Source of the DNA: a virus
Direction: 5' to 3' (one strand)
DNA length: 64,000 nt
IMG/VR virus record: IMGVR_UViG_3300028822_000274
Location: 1 to 64,000 of that record
A program made the position numbers and the translations under genes. The first letter of the stretch is position 1. Each line of letters starts with the position of its first letter. A model generated the notes under the pieces. It was given only the letters and a program-made list of their open reading frames with translations, was not told the origin of the DNA and did not search any database. This document shows, one piece after another, positions 1 to 8,307 of the stretch.

Positions 1-254
1 CCCCTATATATGGTGGGTAGTACGGAACACTGAACCACGTGTATTTTGTGAAAAACCCTGTCTGTTTGGTACTGTGCAGGGTTGTCAAAACATCGAAATC
101 AAAATAAAAACGCGGAAAAAGCGGCCCGAAAAAGAGGAAAAGTCTAAGAATATCAATAATTTAATACATACTCTCTTTATAACCCCCTATACATGTACCC
201 CTATAAATAGAGAGAGTAGTACCCAAAGACCCTTACGCACCCCTCTGGGTGTGG

Positions 255-500
255 GCCCTTAAGAATGCAGGGGACAGACTTTTTATCGATTTTGGAGAGG
301 CCTGCATTGAGAGCACAGAGCCCCAATATCCTGAATGATTCCATAGAGATACCCAAAATAGAGCCCTACAGAGCACAGAGTACAGAGCCCATCATCTAAG
401 AGTACTTATACACTTAATTTGGCACGTCGCTTGCACTGTATGCCCCTGAGAGCACAGAGCTCCGGTTCCGACCCCTAAGAATGCTAAGAGTACAGAGTGA
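255..500. repeat. Iterated short repeats AGAG(C/T)ACAGAG in the non-coding left end
   Basis: GAGAGCACAGAGC at 309-321 and 448-460; CAGAGCACAGAGTACAGAGC at 369-388; AGAGTACAGAG at 487-497; TAAGAATGC at 260-268 and 476-484. Confidence 0.7.
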
Positions 501-1171
501 CGGTACACCTCGTCACAAATTTTTTTGGGGACGGTTTCTACAGAGGACCATTAAGCAATAATTACGTACACTTAACCCCCGTGCCACCCCCGAACGAACT
601 CAAAATGTAGTCGAAATGAGCCTCGAACTAGCCCCAAAGGAGCTGGGAAAAGAACGGTGAATGAGCCCGAGAAGCACCTCTTTTATAGGTTATAGGGGTA
701 AAAACATGACTTCCTTCCAGGACGAAGCCCGAGGTAACGTCGGACAAGCTCCTGAGTATCCAAAGAAATGAGTTTCTCTAGGAAAAACGAGTAGTTACGT
801 GGATAAGCCCCGATATACCGTAGAACATAGGAGCTAAGAACCGTGTGGTACGCCGCTTTAATTTTTATGCGGGATTGAAGCTTGTTTCTGCATAAAGTGC
901 ACATTTCAGATATAAGGGTAGACCCGATTTTTGCATAAACCCTACATTCCTCTAGTGGTTTTACCAAGAACATCTTATATTGAGTCAAGGGCACGGCATC
1001 ACGGGCTGCTGGTTGGAAGGACCTGAGGTACCATGAGCCAGTGAACATCTGAAAAGTTAAAGGCCTGAAAATTGAAATTCTGCTTCCTACTCGACCAGTC
1101 GTACTAAAAACCTACAAAATAGCGGTTAACGCACAGAGGCCTGAAAATATTGGGTTTTTGGGTGAATTATG

Positions 1172-1199
1172 TTGACAAAACGGCTCTGTGTGGTACTCT
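1172..1199 (+). promoter_or_regulatory. Sigma70-type early promoter, copy 1
   Basis: TTGACA, 16-nt spacer, TGG-TACTCT (extended -10); lies upstream of the first gene; same motif recurs at four other sites. Confidence 0.75.
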
Positions 1200-1236
1200 T
1201 TTTGTAGTTGGGCAACGCAATTACAACGAGGAAATC

Positions 1237-1368
1237 ATGGATCAAGCTGAACTGTACGATGGGCTTTTGATGTACTCGGCCCCTTACAATCGGGTCGTCG
1301 AACTTTTTGAAAAAGCCTATGCTGCTCTAGGTCGATGCTGGATGTCAGCATGCCAGGTGTTTCGATGA
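1237..1368 (+). CDS. Small hypothetical protein
   Basis: GAGG RBS before ATG at 1237; stop overlaps the next ATG (ATGA). Confidence 0.5.
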   Translation: MDQAELYDGLLMYSAPYNRVVELFEKAYAALGRCWMSACQVFR

Positions 1369-1721
1369 TCTCTCAGTCAGAACAGTTCGAACTCATGGCT
1401 CAGCGAAAAGGTCTGAACGTCTTCGACGAGTTCGAGGACTCAAAGTTCAGGTTCATCTGGGTGAGTCCTAAACACCGGGAGCATGCCTACGGCGTCATTC
1501 GTGCCCGCTCATTTTTCGGGGCCTTCAAAAAAGCCGTGGAAGTCAACGACGTCCTCCAAGGCCTTGAGATCCTGAGCATGAGGTACGAAAACCCCATGGT
1601 CTTCTACGGCCGTGACCTCGTCGGCAGGCTGACAGTAATGTTCGATACCGTCGAATTGAGCATCATGAAATGCCTGCGTGATCCATCTGAAATTATGAAT
1701 AGCTCTAAGGAATTCCTATGA
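1365..1721 (+). CDS. Hypothetical protein, paralog of 1718..2017
   Basis: Starts MISQSEQFELMA; coupled by ATGA overlaps on both sides. Confidence 0.65.
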   Translation: MISQSEQFELMAQRKGLNVFDEFEDSKFRFIWVSPKHREHAYGVIRARSFFGAFKKAVEVNDVLQGLEILSMRYENPMVFYGRDLVGRLTVMFDTVELSIMKCLRDPSEIMNSSKEFL

Positions 1722-2017
1722 TTGACCAACGAGAACAATTCAGGCTTCTGGCCAAAGATTTTGACTGGTTGTTTGTAGAAGGGTCGAGTGTTTTTTATAA
1801 GTATTCTTGGGAGGACCGCGAGAAAAACGAAGGGGGTTTTGGCCTTTTTGAGGCCAAGAGCATGTTTGATGCTTTCTCCAGTATCATCGAGTTGTTCAGG
1901 AATTTCCGGGATCATGATTTGCTTAGAGTTTGTGTGTTTTATGGTCACGTGTCCATCTATTTTGAGGGCATTTTATTGAGTATCAGTAGATGTAAAGATC
2001 AATATGTGGATGTGTGA
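1718..2017 (+). CDS. Hypothetical protein, paralog of 1365..1721
   Basis: Starts MIDQREQFRLLA; AAGGA RBS. Confidence 0.65.
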   Translation: MIDQREQFRLLAKDFDWLFVEGSSVFYKYSWEDREKNEGGFGLFEAKSMFDAFSSIIELFRNFRDHDLLRVCVFYGHVSIYFEGILLSISRCKDQYVDV

Positions 2018-2076
2018 TGAATAAGATGTCAAACGCATGTGGAACGCTGGCGCTGCCAACAGAATAAGGAGTAACA

Positions 2077-2301
2077 ATGAGAAAAGGGGCATTAAGGTTA
2101 TTGGCGGACGTAATCTTGTCTGGTATCCCGTGGACTCCACAGACCCCTTGGTCAGGATCAGATGTTTCCGAATGCCTGAGGCTCAGGTGGTTGCGCAGCG
2201 ATGAGGAGGGTGGACTCGTACCGACCATGGAGGGCATCCAGTACTACGAAAAATTCAAGGGTCAGCTGGAAGCTCCTGGGGATGTTTTGTGCCGATGGTA
2301 A
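2077..2301 (+). CDS. Hypothetical protein, possible winged-helix
   Basis: RBS plus ORF; C-terminal LRSDEEGGLVPTMEG resembles a wing hairpin. Confidence 0.5.
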   Translation: MRKGALRLLADVILSGIPWTPQTPWSGSDVSECLRLRWLRSDEEGGLVPTMEGIQYYEKFKGQLEAPGDVLCRW

Positions 2302-2326
2302 TTCGCGGCCAAGAAAGAAGGAAGAC

Positions 2327-2581
2327 ATGAGCAAATTACTCAAAGTCAGGATTAAAAAGGAAGGCGATCAACACTCCACTACCCTGGAGTCCGAGCAGGA
2401 CATCATGTTATCCGAGGTAGTGTCGGTCATTAATTCTTTGTGCAGATCTGCATTTCGGCAGTGTGCCACGAACGTCGAATTTTGTGATGTCTTTGATCAC
2501 ATTATCCTGACTGTGAATTCGGCTCACAAAGAAGAATTTATGCTTTTTGGGCCAAAGGGAAGAAAAGAACAGCTATCTTGA
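2327..2581 (+). CDS. Hypothetical protein
   Basis: AAGGAAG RBS before ATG at 2327. Confidence 0.55.
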   Translation: MSKLLKVRIKKEGDQHSTTLESEQDIMLSEVVSVINSLCRSAFRQCATNVEFCDVFDHIILTVNSAHKEEFMLFGPKGRKEQLS

Positions 2582-2647
2582 TGACTGTTTTCTGGAGGTT
2601 ATCATGGCATTGATTATCGAAGTGACGCTCTGGAACGACGGCAGCTG

Positions 2648-3208
2648 ATGAGAAGCGTACCTGACGATTATCATATTTATTGGACAACATGCCCTGATTG
2701 CGGGTCGCGGGTCCATCCAGCCGAACAGCCAGATTGTGACTGCGATGTATGCGAGGAGTGTGGTTGTGTGTACTGCGAGTGCCAATATTGCGAATGCTGC
2801 GGTGAGCTGATTCCAGCTGGGGATTCATTGTGTTGTGACTGTGCGGTCGATCTGGATGGGCCCACAGAGTGGGTTAAAACAAATAAGGAGCAAAAAATGT
2901 GTGAAGAGCCTACTGTACGTTGGTGTTATAATTGTGGTGCTAATCTTTTGGCATTGCCTTCGACACCAAACGAAGAACTGTTCTGCGATGCATGCGAGGG
3001 GAGAATCGCAGAAAAAGAAAATATTGTAGATATTGCGAAAGGTACCATTTGGACGAGACAGTCTGGTGAGGATGTCAAAGTACTTTACGCCAATGAAAAA
3101 TTTGTTCGTTTTCGCGGAGTCGAATCGGACAGGCGGCGTGCTAAACTAAAAAGGGAATTTATCAGGATGTTCTCGCCCCAGAAAAAGGCGAAAATGGGGG
3201 CTGAATGA
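2648..3208 (+). CDS. Cys-rich multi-zinc-finger protein
   Basis: Many CxxC pairs (CPDC, CDVCEEC, CQYCECC, CYNC, CDAC); in-frame internal AAGGAG-ATG at 2897. Confidence 0.6.
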   Translation: MRSVPDDYHIYWTTCPDCGSRVHPAEQPDCDCDVCEECGCVYCECQYCECCGELIPAGDSLCCDCAVDLDGPTEWVKTNKEQKMCEEPTVRWCYNCGANLLALPSTPNEELFCDACEGRIAEKENIVDIAKGTIWTRQSGEDVKVLYANEKFVRFRGVESDRRRAKLKREFIRMFSPQKKAKMGAE

Positions 3209-3438
3209 CCGAAACGAAAACAAAAAGTTCTTATGATATTATTGATGATTTGGGGGTTTTGAATAGCCTCGAAATGAAAGAAATATCACGGTTAGCACAC
3301 CAAGTTTATTGGCTTGTAATGGACAACATTGGGTGGGCCCCCAAATCAGTGTCGGAGCGTATAATCCATGAGTTGGCCCGGCAGATCCTACGAAGGATGC
3401 CGGAGGATATAAAGGAGCAGTTGTGCCTAAAAAATTGA
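3205..3438 (+). CDS. Hypothetical protein
   Basis: ATGA-coupled ORF. Confidence 0.55.
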   Translation: MTETKTKSSYDIIDDLGVLNSLEMKEISRLAHQVYWLVMDNIGWAPKSVSERIIHELARQILRRMPEDIKEQLCLKN

Positions 3439-3863
3439 AACCATGCCCACTTTGTGGTGGTGGAGCCTCGCTTCTCCCACATGGAGTTTCTTGCAATAAT
3501 TGTTCTTTGTGGTTGGGTGGAGGGACCAGAGCGATAGATAGGTTTCACGTCATAAGCGGCAACAAAAAAGATGTACCGCACAATTATGTGGCTGCAGTGT
3601 GGAACGAGCGTGTGATCGAGAAGCAGGCCGAGATAAAGTGTAATTTCAACGAACTCAGGCGAAGGATCGCTAGCGCGTACAATAAACTTGTTGCTTGCCA
3701 GGACGACATTGATGAGCAACAAGCAGCGTTGTGCGAACTACAGGTATGGCTAGGGACTCTGATGGAACTTCACAACCCCGACGATCCTCATGACTCTGAC
3801 GATTTGTCTGATGAGGTGAAGCTCCTCCATGCTGGTGAGCCGCAGGAGTTTCTGGGTACATGA
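3423..3863 (+). CDS. Lar-like (restriction alleviation family) zinc-ribbon protein
   Basis: N-terminal LKPCPLCGG...CNNC...AAVWNER matches the Lar family pattern; AAGGAG RBS. Confidence 0.55.
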   Translation: MPKKLKPCPLCGGGASLLPHGVSCNNCSLWLGGGTRAIDRFHVISGNKKDVPHNYVAAVWNERVIEKQAEIKCNFNELRRRIASAYNKLVACQDDIDEQQAALCELQVWLGTLMELHNPDDPHDSDDLSDEVKLLHAGEPQEFLGT

Positions 3864-3864
3864 C

Positions 3865-4206
3865 ATGACAGAGAAGAATAAATGTAAGACCTGCAAATAT
3901 TTCTTGTGGATACTTGGGAGCAATTTTGGGTGGTGCACTTATCGTATGATCGGAAAACTTCCGTTAGATGTATGTTGCAACCAAGAGCACGTGGAAACAA
4001 CTAAAAATATCCACCAATCCTGCGAGACGTGTGAAGCATTCGTTGAAAGCTCCGAGGAGTTTGGGACATGCCGTTACAACCCTCCGGTGCCTGGATCTGG
4101 GCCGAGTGTCCTGGGTTTTTGGCCTCCTGTGAGGAGGATTTGGTGGTGTAAAAAATGGGCGGTGAGGCGCAAACTAGTCCCTGCTGATGAAGATATTTCC
4201 AAATGA
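3865..4206 (+). CDS. Cys-rich hypothetical protein with two CxxC...GxC modules
   Basis: CKTCKYF...GWC and CETCEAF...GTCRYNPP...WPPV...WC. Confidence 0.6.
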   Translation: MTEKNKCKTCKYFLWILGSNFGWCTYRMIGKLPLDVCCNQEHVETTKNIHQSCETCEAFVESSEEFGTCRYNPPVPGSGPSVLGFWPPVRRIWWCKKWAVRRKLVPADEDISK

Positions 4207-4213
4207 GGTAGTC

Positions 4214-4669
4214 ATGGAAGATTATTATAGGGACATGAACCAAAGGGAGTTCGACGAGCTGTACCAGGACTATGACTGGTGCGGTGACGTCTGTTCGAGG
4301 TGGCCCATTGGTCCTGGTGACTGCCCTATTTGTGGGGCGGACACTGTGCTTCGTGATGGTCCGTACGGCAGGTTTTTCGGGTGCTGCGATTTTCCCAGAT
4401 GCCGTGGAATCAGAAGATACAGTCAAGATCTTGTTCCATCGAAGCGAGAGAAGATAAGCGTCGAGTTGGAAATAAGGACGCACGAAAAACGTTGCGGGGA
4501 AGACTGCTGTTTTCTGTATGAGGATTCCGACACCTCGCTCCCAGGATGTAATTTGTTCCGGGTAATGCTGGATTTTGAAAGCGCAGACGAAATTTTGCGC
4601 TGCGAAGCGTGTATGCAAAAGACCAGTCGAAACAGAAGAAAGTGGTGGGTGACACACGATGGAAGATAA
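4214..4669 (+). CDS. Protein with a topoisomerase-type C4 zinc ribbon
   Basis: CPICGADTVLRDGPYGRFFGCCDFPRC matches the zf-C4_Topoisom pattern; GAGG RBS. Confidence 0.7.
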   Translation: MEDYYRDMNQREFDELYQDYDWCGDVCSRWPIGPGDCPICGADTVLRDGPYGRFFGCCDFPRCRGIRRYSQDLVPSKREKISVELEIRTHEKRCGEDCCFLYEDSDTSLPGCNLFRVMLDFESADEILRCEACMQKTSRNRRKWWVTHDGR

Positions 4670-4855
4670 ATACCTTCAAAAATTATTGTCATCGTTTGTG
4701 AGCTTGTAAATATTTCTGAAAACCAACCTGTTTTTCCAGGTGATGTTCTGAGTCACGGGACAGCGAACCGTTGTGTTCATGCAGGCATGGTAAGACGAGA
4801 CGCGGATGGAGACTTCGTGCTCACGACCACAGGGAAATCCATAGGAAGGAATGAA

Positions 4856-5167
4856 ATGACGGGTTATTTCAATTACAGGGCAATGGGCATGTCTCGGGCA
4901 GAATGCCTCTCCAGGCTCTACAACAAGGCACAATGTCAGGGTATGGGTTTCCTGCATTTTGACTCGAAACCGATGACTCTGAAAGAAGCCGAGGGGATCA
5001 TCAAGTATCGAGAAGAAAACAAAATGGGTTTCTACTTCGATTACCTCAAGGGTAGGGTCATGAAAGTAGACCTCGGAGATGGGATTGTGAGTCTCGTGTT
5101 CTACGATAGGGACAATGGACCAGACGCTGGTGTGGAAGCACTGACAGACCCAAATTGGGTCGGATAA
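4856..5167 (+). CDS. Conserved viral hypothetical protein (GMGFL / YFDYLxGRVMKVDL / YDRDNG family)
   Basis: Motifs LYNKAQCQGMGFL, YFDYLKGRVMKVDL and YDRDNG; AGGAAGG RBS; the frame stays open upstream to 4670. Confidence 0.6.
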   Translation: MTGYFNYRAMGMSRAECLSRLYNKAQCQGMGFLHFDSKPMTLKEAEGIIKYREENKMGFYFDYLKGRVMKVDLGDGIVSLVFYDRDNGPDAGVEALTDPNWVG

Positions 5168-5179
5168 AAAGGAGAAACG

Positions 5180-5296
5180 ATGAATAAAGCAAAGAAAAGA
5201 AGGAATCGACGTCGCAACAGGGACATGAGATGGGTCGAGCGTTGTGGTCATGACATCGAGGAGACAAAATCCTTAAGAATGACGACCGAGGTGTGA
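5180..5296 (+). CDS. 38-aa Arg-rich peptide (not in the ORF track)
   Basis: AAGGAG RBS; MNKAKKRRNRRRNRDMRWVERCGHDIEETKSLRMTTEV; TGATG overlap with the next ORF. Confidence 0.5.
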   Translation: MNKAKKRRNRRRNRDMRWVERCGHDIEETKSLRMTTEV

Positions 5297-5439
5297 TGCG
5301 CTGCGACGCGTATATCGAGGACATCCTCGACACCGATGAGGGTTATATGCCTCCAAACAGGCAAATTTACCCCGAAAGCCAAATCTCAGGTCCGATTCGT
5401 GTGGTCTGCATGAGGGAGATGCCAAATGGTATCGAGTAA
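5296..5439 (+). CDS. 47-aa hypothetical protein (not in the ORF track)
   Basis: GAGG RBS, TGATG coupling, fills the gap to the next gene. Confidence 0.4.
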   Translation: MRCDAYIEDILDTDEGYMPPNRQIYPESQISGPIRVVCMREMPNGIE

Positions 5440-6301
5440 TTCTTGGTGGAAGGGAAAGAAGGCGTCTGAGATCAGCCTGGAACTTTACGCGGCAGTAAAG
5501 GCGGCGTTTCCCTCCCCTCAATGGATTGTCCTGGAGGAGATCTCTATCCCAGGTTCAAATGGGTCTCGCAGGGCTGACATCGTTGCTCTGTCTATTTGGG
5601 GACCCACGAGAGTCGTGGTTTGTGAGATCAAGGCTTCGAGAGCTGATTTTCTGAACGAGATTCGGGACCCAAGCAAACGTGAGCGTGGCGTCTCTTTTGG
5701 GACCGAGTTTGTTTTTGTCGTCCCTCACAACATGGTGAGGGTAGATGAGGTCCCTGAAGGCTGTGGTTTGTACGAGGTGCAGCGGAACCGAAGACTGAAG
5801 CGGACAAAATCTGGGACGCAGAAGAAGAACGTCGGTTGGACGCAAGCCGTGTTTCATAACTTCGTTCGCGCCATCGTGTATCGCAAGGATGAAGCTCACA
5901 GGGCGTTTTATGAGGCCGGGAACCAGGGAACGAAGATTTACAAGAATCTCTTCAAGGCTCTCGGCCAGGAATGGTCTTTGGAAGAGTTGTTGGACCTGAC
6001 GAAGACCCTGTATAGAGGCCTGTTATTCAAGAAGAGCGATGTTGAGCAGGCCTCGATGGATTTCAGGGCGCGTATGAATCAGGATAACGAGGTCATTCGA
6101 TTGCGAGATCTCGAAAGCACAGTCTGTGATTTGTGCGGCTATGGGATACGGACTGGACAGGATTTTGCCAGATGGTTTTCGAAAAGAGGGACTTTAGGTA
6201 ATCCAGATGACAGGAGGGATTTTTACGAGATAGAATCTGCCTACAGGGCGCTGAGCAACATTATCAAGAGAAGAAACGAACTTAAAAAAAGACGAAATTA
6301 G
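5426..6301 (+). CDS. PD-(D/E)XK nuclease, MmcB-like
   Basis: EE...RRADIVAL...CEIKASRADFLNE motif. Confidence 0.7.
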   Translation: MVSSNSWWKGKKASEISLELYAAVKAAFPSPQWIVLEEISIPGSNGSRRADIVALSIWGPTRVVVCEIKASRADFLNEIRDPSKRERGVSFGTEFVFVVPHNMVRVDEVPEGCGLYEVQRNRRLKRTKSGTQKKNVGWTQAVFHNFVRAIVYRKDEAHRAFYEAGNQGTKIYKNLFKALGQEWSLEELLDLTKTLYRGLLFKKSDVEQASMDFRARMNQDNEVIRLRDLESTVCDLCGYGIRTGQDFARWFSKRGTLGNPDDRRDFYEIESAYRALSNIIKRRNELKKRRN

Positions 6302-6310
6302 GAGTTTAAA

Positions 6311-6844
6311 ATGTCTGAAAGAATCCCTTGTCCTATTTGTGGTGAAAGCATCATGGCGTCTGCAAAAAAATGTAGATTTTGTAATGAGGACATCGAAAAG
6401 TTTGCGCGAAAACAGGAGGCACTAATAGAGCGCGACATCTTCAAAGGGAAGCTGCCGGTCATCTACGATCTTGGTCAGGTTGCAGTCATTTTGTTGCTGT
6501 CCTTGATTTTCATTGTGCCGGGTCTAATCGCTCTGTTGGTATATTGGATCAAGGCAACGACAACGCATTATCGAGTGACTACCCAACGGATTCTACTGAC
6601 GAGTGGCGTTTTTTCGCCTCGTGCTGACACCATTGAATTGTTTAGGGTCGATGATATTGGTGTCACCCGTCCATTTTTAATGCGTCCATTTGGTTATGGC
6701 TGCATTCATGTTTGGACTTCTGACCGTTCGTCAGCAGCAAAAGTAATTGTCACCAAAGAATATGATAGAATAGTAAATGATTTGCGGGGTCATTTATTTG
6801 CTTCACGAGAACAACGAAACGTCATGACACTATCAAGAGCATAG
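6311..6844 (+). CDS. Zinc-ribbon + transmembrane + bacterial PH-domain protein
   Basis: CPICGE...CRFC; hydrophobic hairpin; YRVTTQRILLTSGVFS...IELFRVDD...FGYG (bPH_2 pattern). Confidence 0.75.
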   Translation: MSERIPCPICGESIMASAKKCRFCNEDIEKFARKQEALIERDIFKGKLPVIYDLGQVAVILLLSLIFIVPGLIALLVYWIKATTTHYRVTTQRILLTSGVFSPRADTIELFRVDDIGVTRPFLMRPFGYGCIHVWTSDRSSAAKVIVTKEYDRIVNDLRGHLFASREQRNVMTLSRA

Positions 6845-6860
6845 GAAGGAAGGAAAAGGA

Positions 6861-7079
6861 ATGTCCGACATCATCAGCACAAAGGAATATCAAGAAGTCG
6901 TGAGCCTGGCGAAAAAGTCTCTGACGATGATCAAGGAAACAGTAGCGAGAGCAATCGATGGTGACAGCCTGGAACTTTCCGCAGCCGTGATTGTCATCGA
7001 GGACGAAGCTGATAGGGCGCTTGGAGCGCTTCGTCCAGTTGCTGCGACTTTCGAAACAGATGAGGGAGAGCATGACTGA
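6861..7079 (+). CDS. Hypothetical protein
   Basis: Strong purine-rich RBS. Confidence 0.55.
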   Translation: MSDIISTKEYQEVVSLAKKSLTMIKETVARAIDGDSLELSAAVIVIEDEADRALGALRPVAATFETDEGEHD

Positions 7080-7263
7080 GATGAAAAAGCTCACTGAAGA
7101 GCAGGCAGAAAATTGGCGTACCGTGTTGTCGATGACAGAATGCCCTCTTGTTGTTAAGCATCTCACGCACGATGAGGTTGAGCGCATTGCCTTCTTGGTC
7201 CAGGAAAAAGTGGATACCGAGATAGAGGAGCACGTCAAGGGTTACGTCGCGAACATACCGTAG
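7072..7263 (+). CDS. Hypothetical protein
   Basis: GGGAG RBS; overlaps the upstream stop. Confidence 0.5.
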   Translation: MTEMKKLTEEQAENWRTVLSMTECPLVVKHLTHDEVERIAFLVQEKVDTEIEEHVKGYVANIP

Positions 7264-7279
7264 GGAAGCGAGGGTTCTG

Positions 7280-7660
7280 ATGGGCCTTTTAGATGATCTG
7301 ATAATCAGAGCAGAATGTAGCGGCACATGTAAGGGCCTTACCTTCAGGTACAAAAAATCTGTTTGGTACGATGACGATGGCAACTTTCACCTCAAGGAAT
7401 CATTCAGAAAGCTCAAGAGGGAATCTTGTGATGGTTTCTGCGATGAAAACACCGATAATCGTCAGTGCATAGCGAACGCATTCGAAGAAGACATCAGGAT
7501 GGTAGGCATAGATGAGATTTGGGGCAGCATGGAGTTCCCATACGACCTTGAGGATGGCTGCAAAGTGAAACTCAACATTAATCCTGGGCAACGTGACTAT
7601 TGGACGGGTTATTACGAAGACTGGAATTACGTGATCAATATTGCAGATAAACCAAAATAG
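7280..7660 (+). CDS. Cys-containing hypothetical protein
   Basis: ORF with RBS; KLKRESCDGFC motif. Confidence 0.6.
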   Translation: MGLLDDLIIRAECSGTCKGLTFRYKKSVWYDDDGNFHLKESFRKLKRESCDGFCDENTDNRQCIANAFEEDIRMVGIDEIWGSMEFPYDLEDGCKVKLNINPGQRDYWTGYYEDWNYVINIADKPK

Positions 7661-7663
7661 TTA

Positions 7664-7691
7664 TTGACAAAACTATCCCACCTGCTACTCT
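7664..7691 (+). promoter_or_regulatory. Early promoter, copy 2
   Basis: TTGACAAAAC...TGC-TACTCT, 16-nt spacer, intergenic. Confidence 0.75.
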
Positions 7692-7730
7692 ATACAAAGT
7701 AGGCCACTTCACAAAAGAAAGGTTCTGATA

Positions 7731-7889
7731 ATGGAATTGATGTTCATCGTTTCTTTGTCTTTGTTTGGTTATATACTCCCTGAGTTTTTCGTGTCCATGG
7801 GAGGGTCCAAAGCAACAATACCTTGCGGGCAGAATTTAATCAGCTTCTCTTCTGCTTTGCTGTTTGCCCTGTGGTTCATTTACGGCTGA
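7731..7889 (+). CDS. 52-aa hydrophobic membrane peptide (not in the ORF track)
   Basis: GAAAGG RBS directly after the promoter; MELMFIVSLSLFGYILPEFF...SSALLFALWFIYG. Confidence 0.5.
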   Translation: MELMFIVSLSLFGYILPEFFVSMGGSKATIPCGQNLISFSSALLFALWFIYG

Positions 7890-8009
7890 GTGCATATTTT
7901 TGATTCATTTATGCATCTTCAGGCTTATTCCATTTGTTTTTCCTTCATGCAGTTGCTTATGGTAGAATAAATAACGACCGATGTGGAGGACACAACAAAA
8001 GGAGTTGGT

Positions 8010-8291
8010 ATGGCTACCCTGGAAAACTGCTGCGGAATTGAGGACTTGATGCAGGCCGATTTTTGCTCTGAGCTGAAGAAGAAGCTATTGCATCAACACT
8101 ACACCAGATATTCCGTGTTGTTCGACGGAGCGAAGTTCTTCTACTTCTGCCACAGCTTTGCCCAGGCATTGGCGGTGGCCTGCAGTAATCTCAGGCTCAA
8201 AGGGTCGTACAGGGAAGTCTGGGAAGAAGACGATTCAGTGTGTTTCGATGTCGGTGGGGCACCGATGAAAATAAAGAAGATCAAAGCGTAA
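8010..8291 (+). CDS. Hypothetical protein
   Basis: AAGGAG RBS before ATG at 8010. Confidence 0.55.
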   Translation: MATLENCCGIEDLMQADFCSELKKKLLHQHYTRYSVLFDGAKFFYFCHSFAQALAVACSNLRLKGSYREVWEEDDSVCFDVGGAPMKIKKIKA

Positions 8292-8307
8292 AACAAATAG
8301 AGGTAAA

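Noticed and set aside
255-500. Possible CRISPR array
   Set aside because: Repeats are only 11-13 bp and irregularly spaced, and there are no cas genes
683-1048. 121-aa minus-strand ORF in the left non-coding region
   Set aside because: No RBS or motif, and it would be the only minus-strand gene; it cannot be fully excluded
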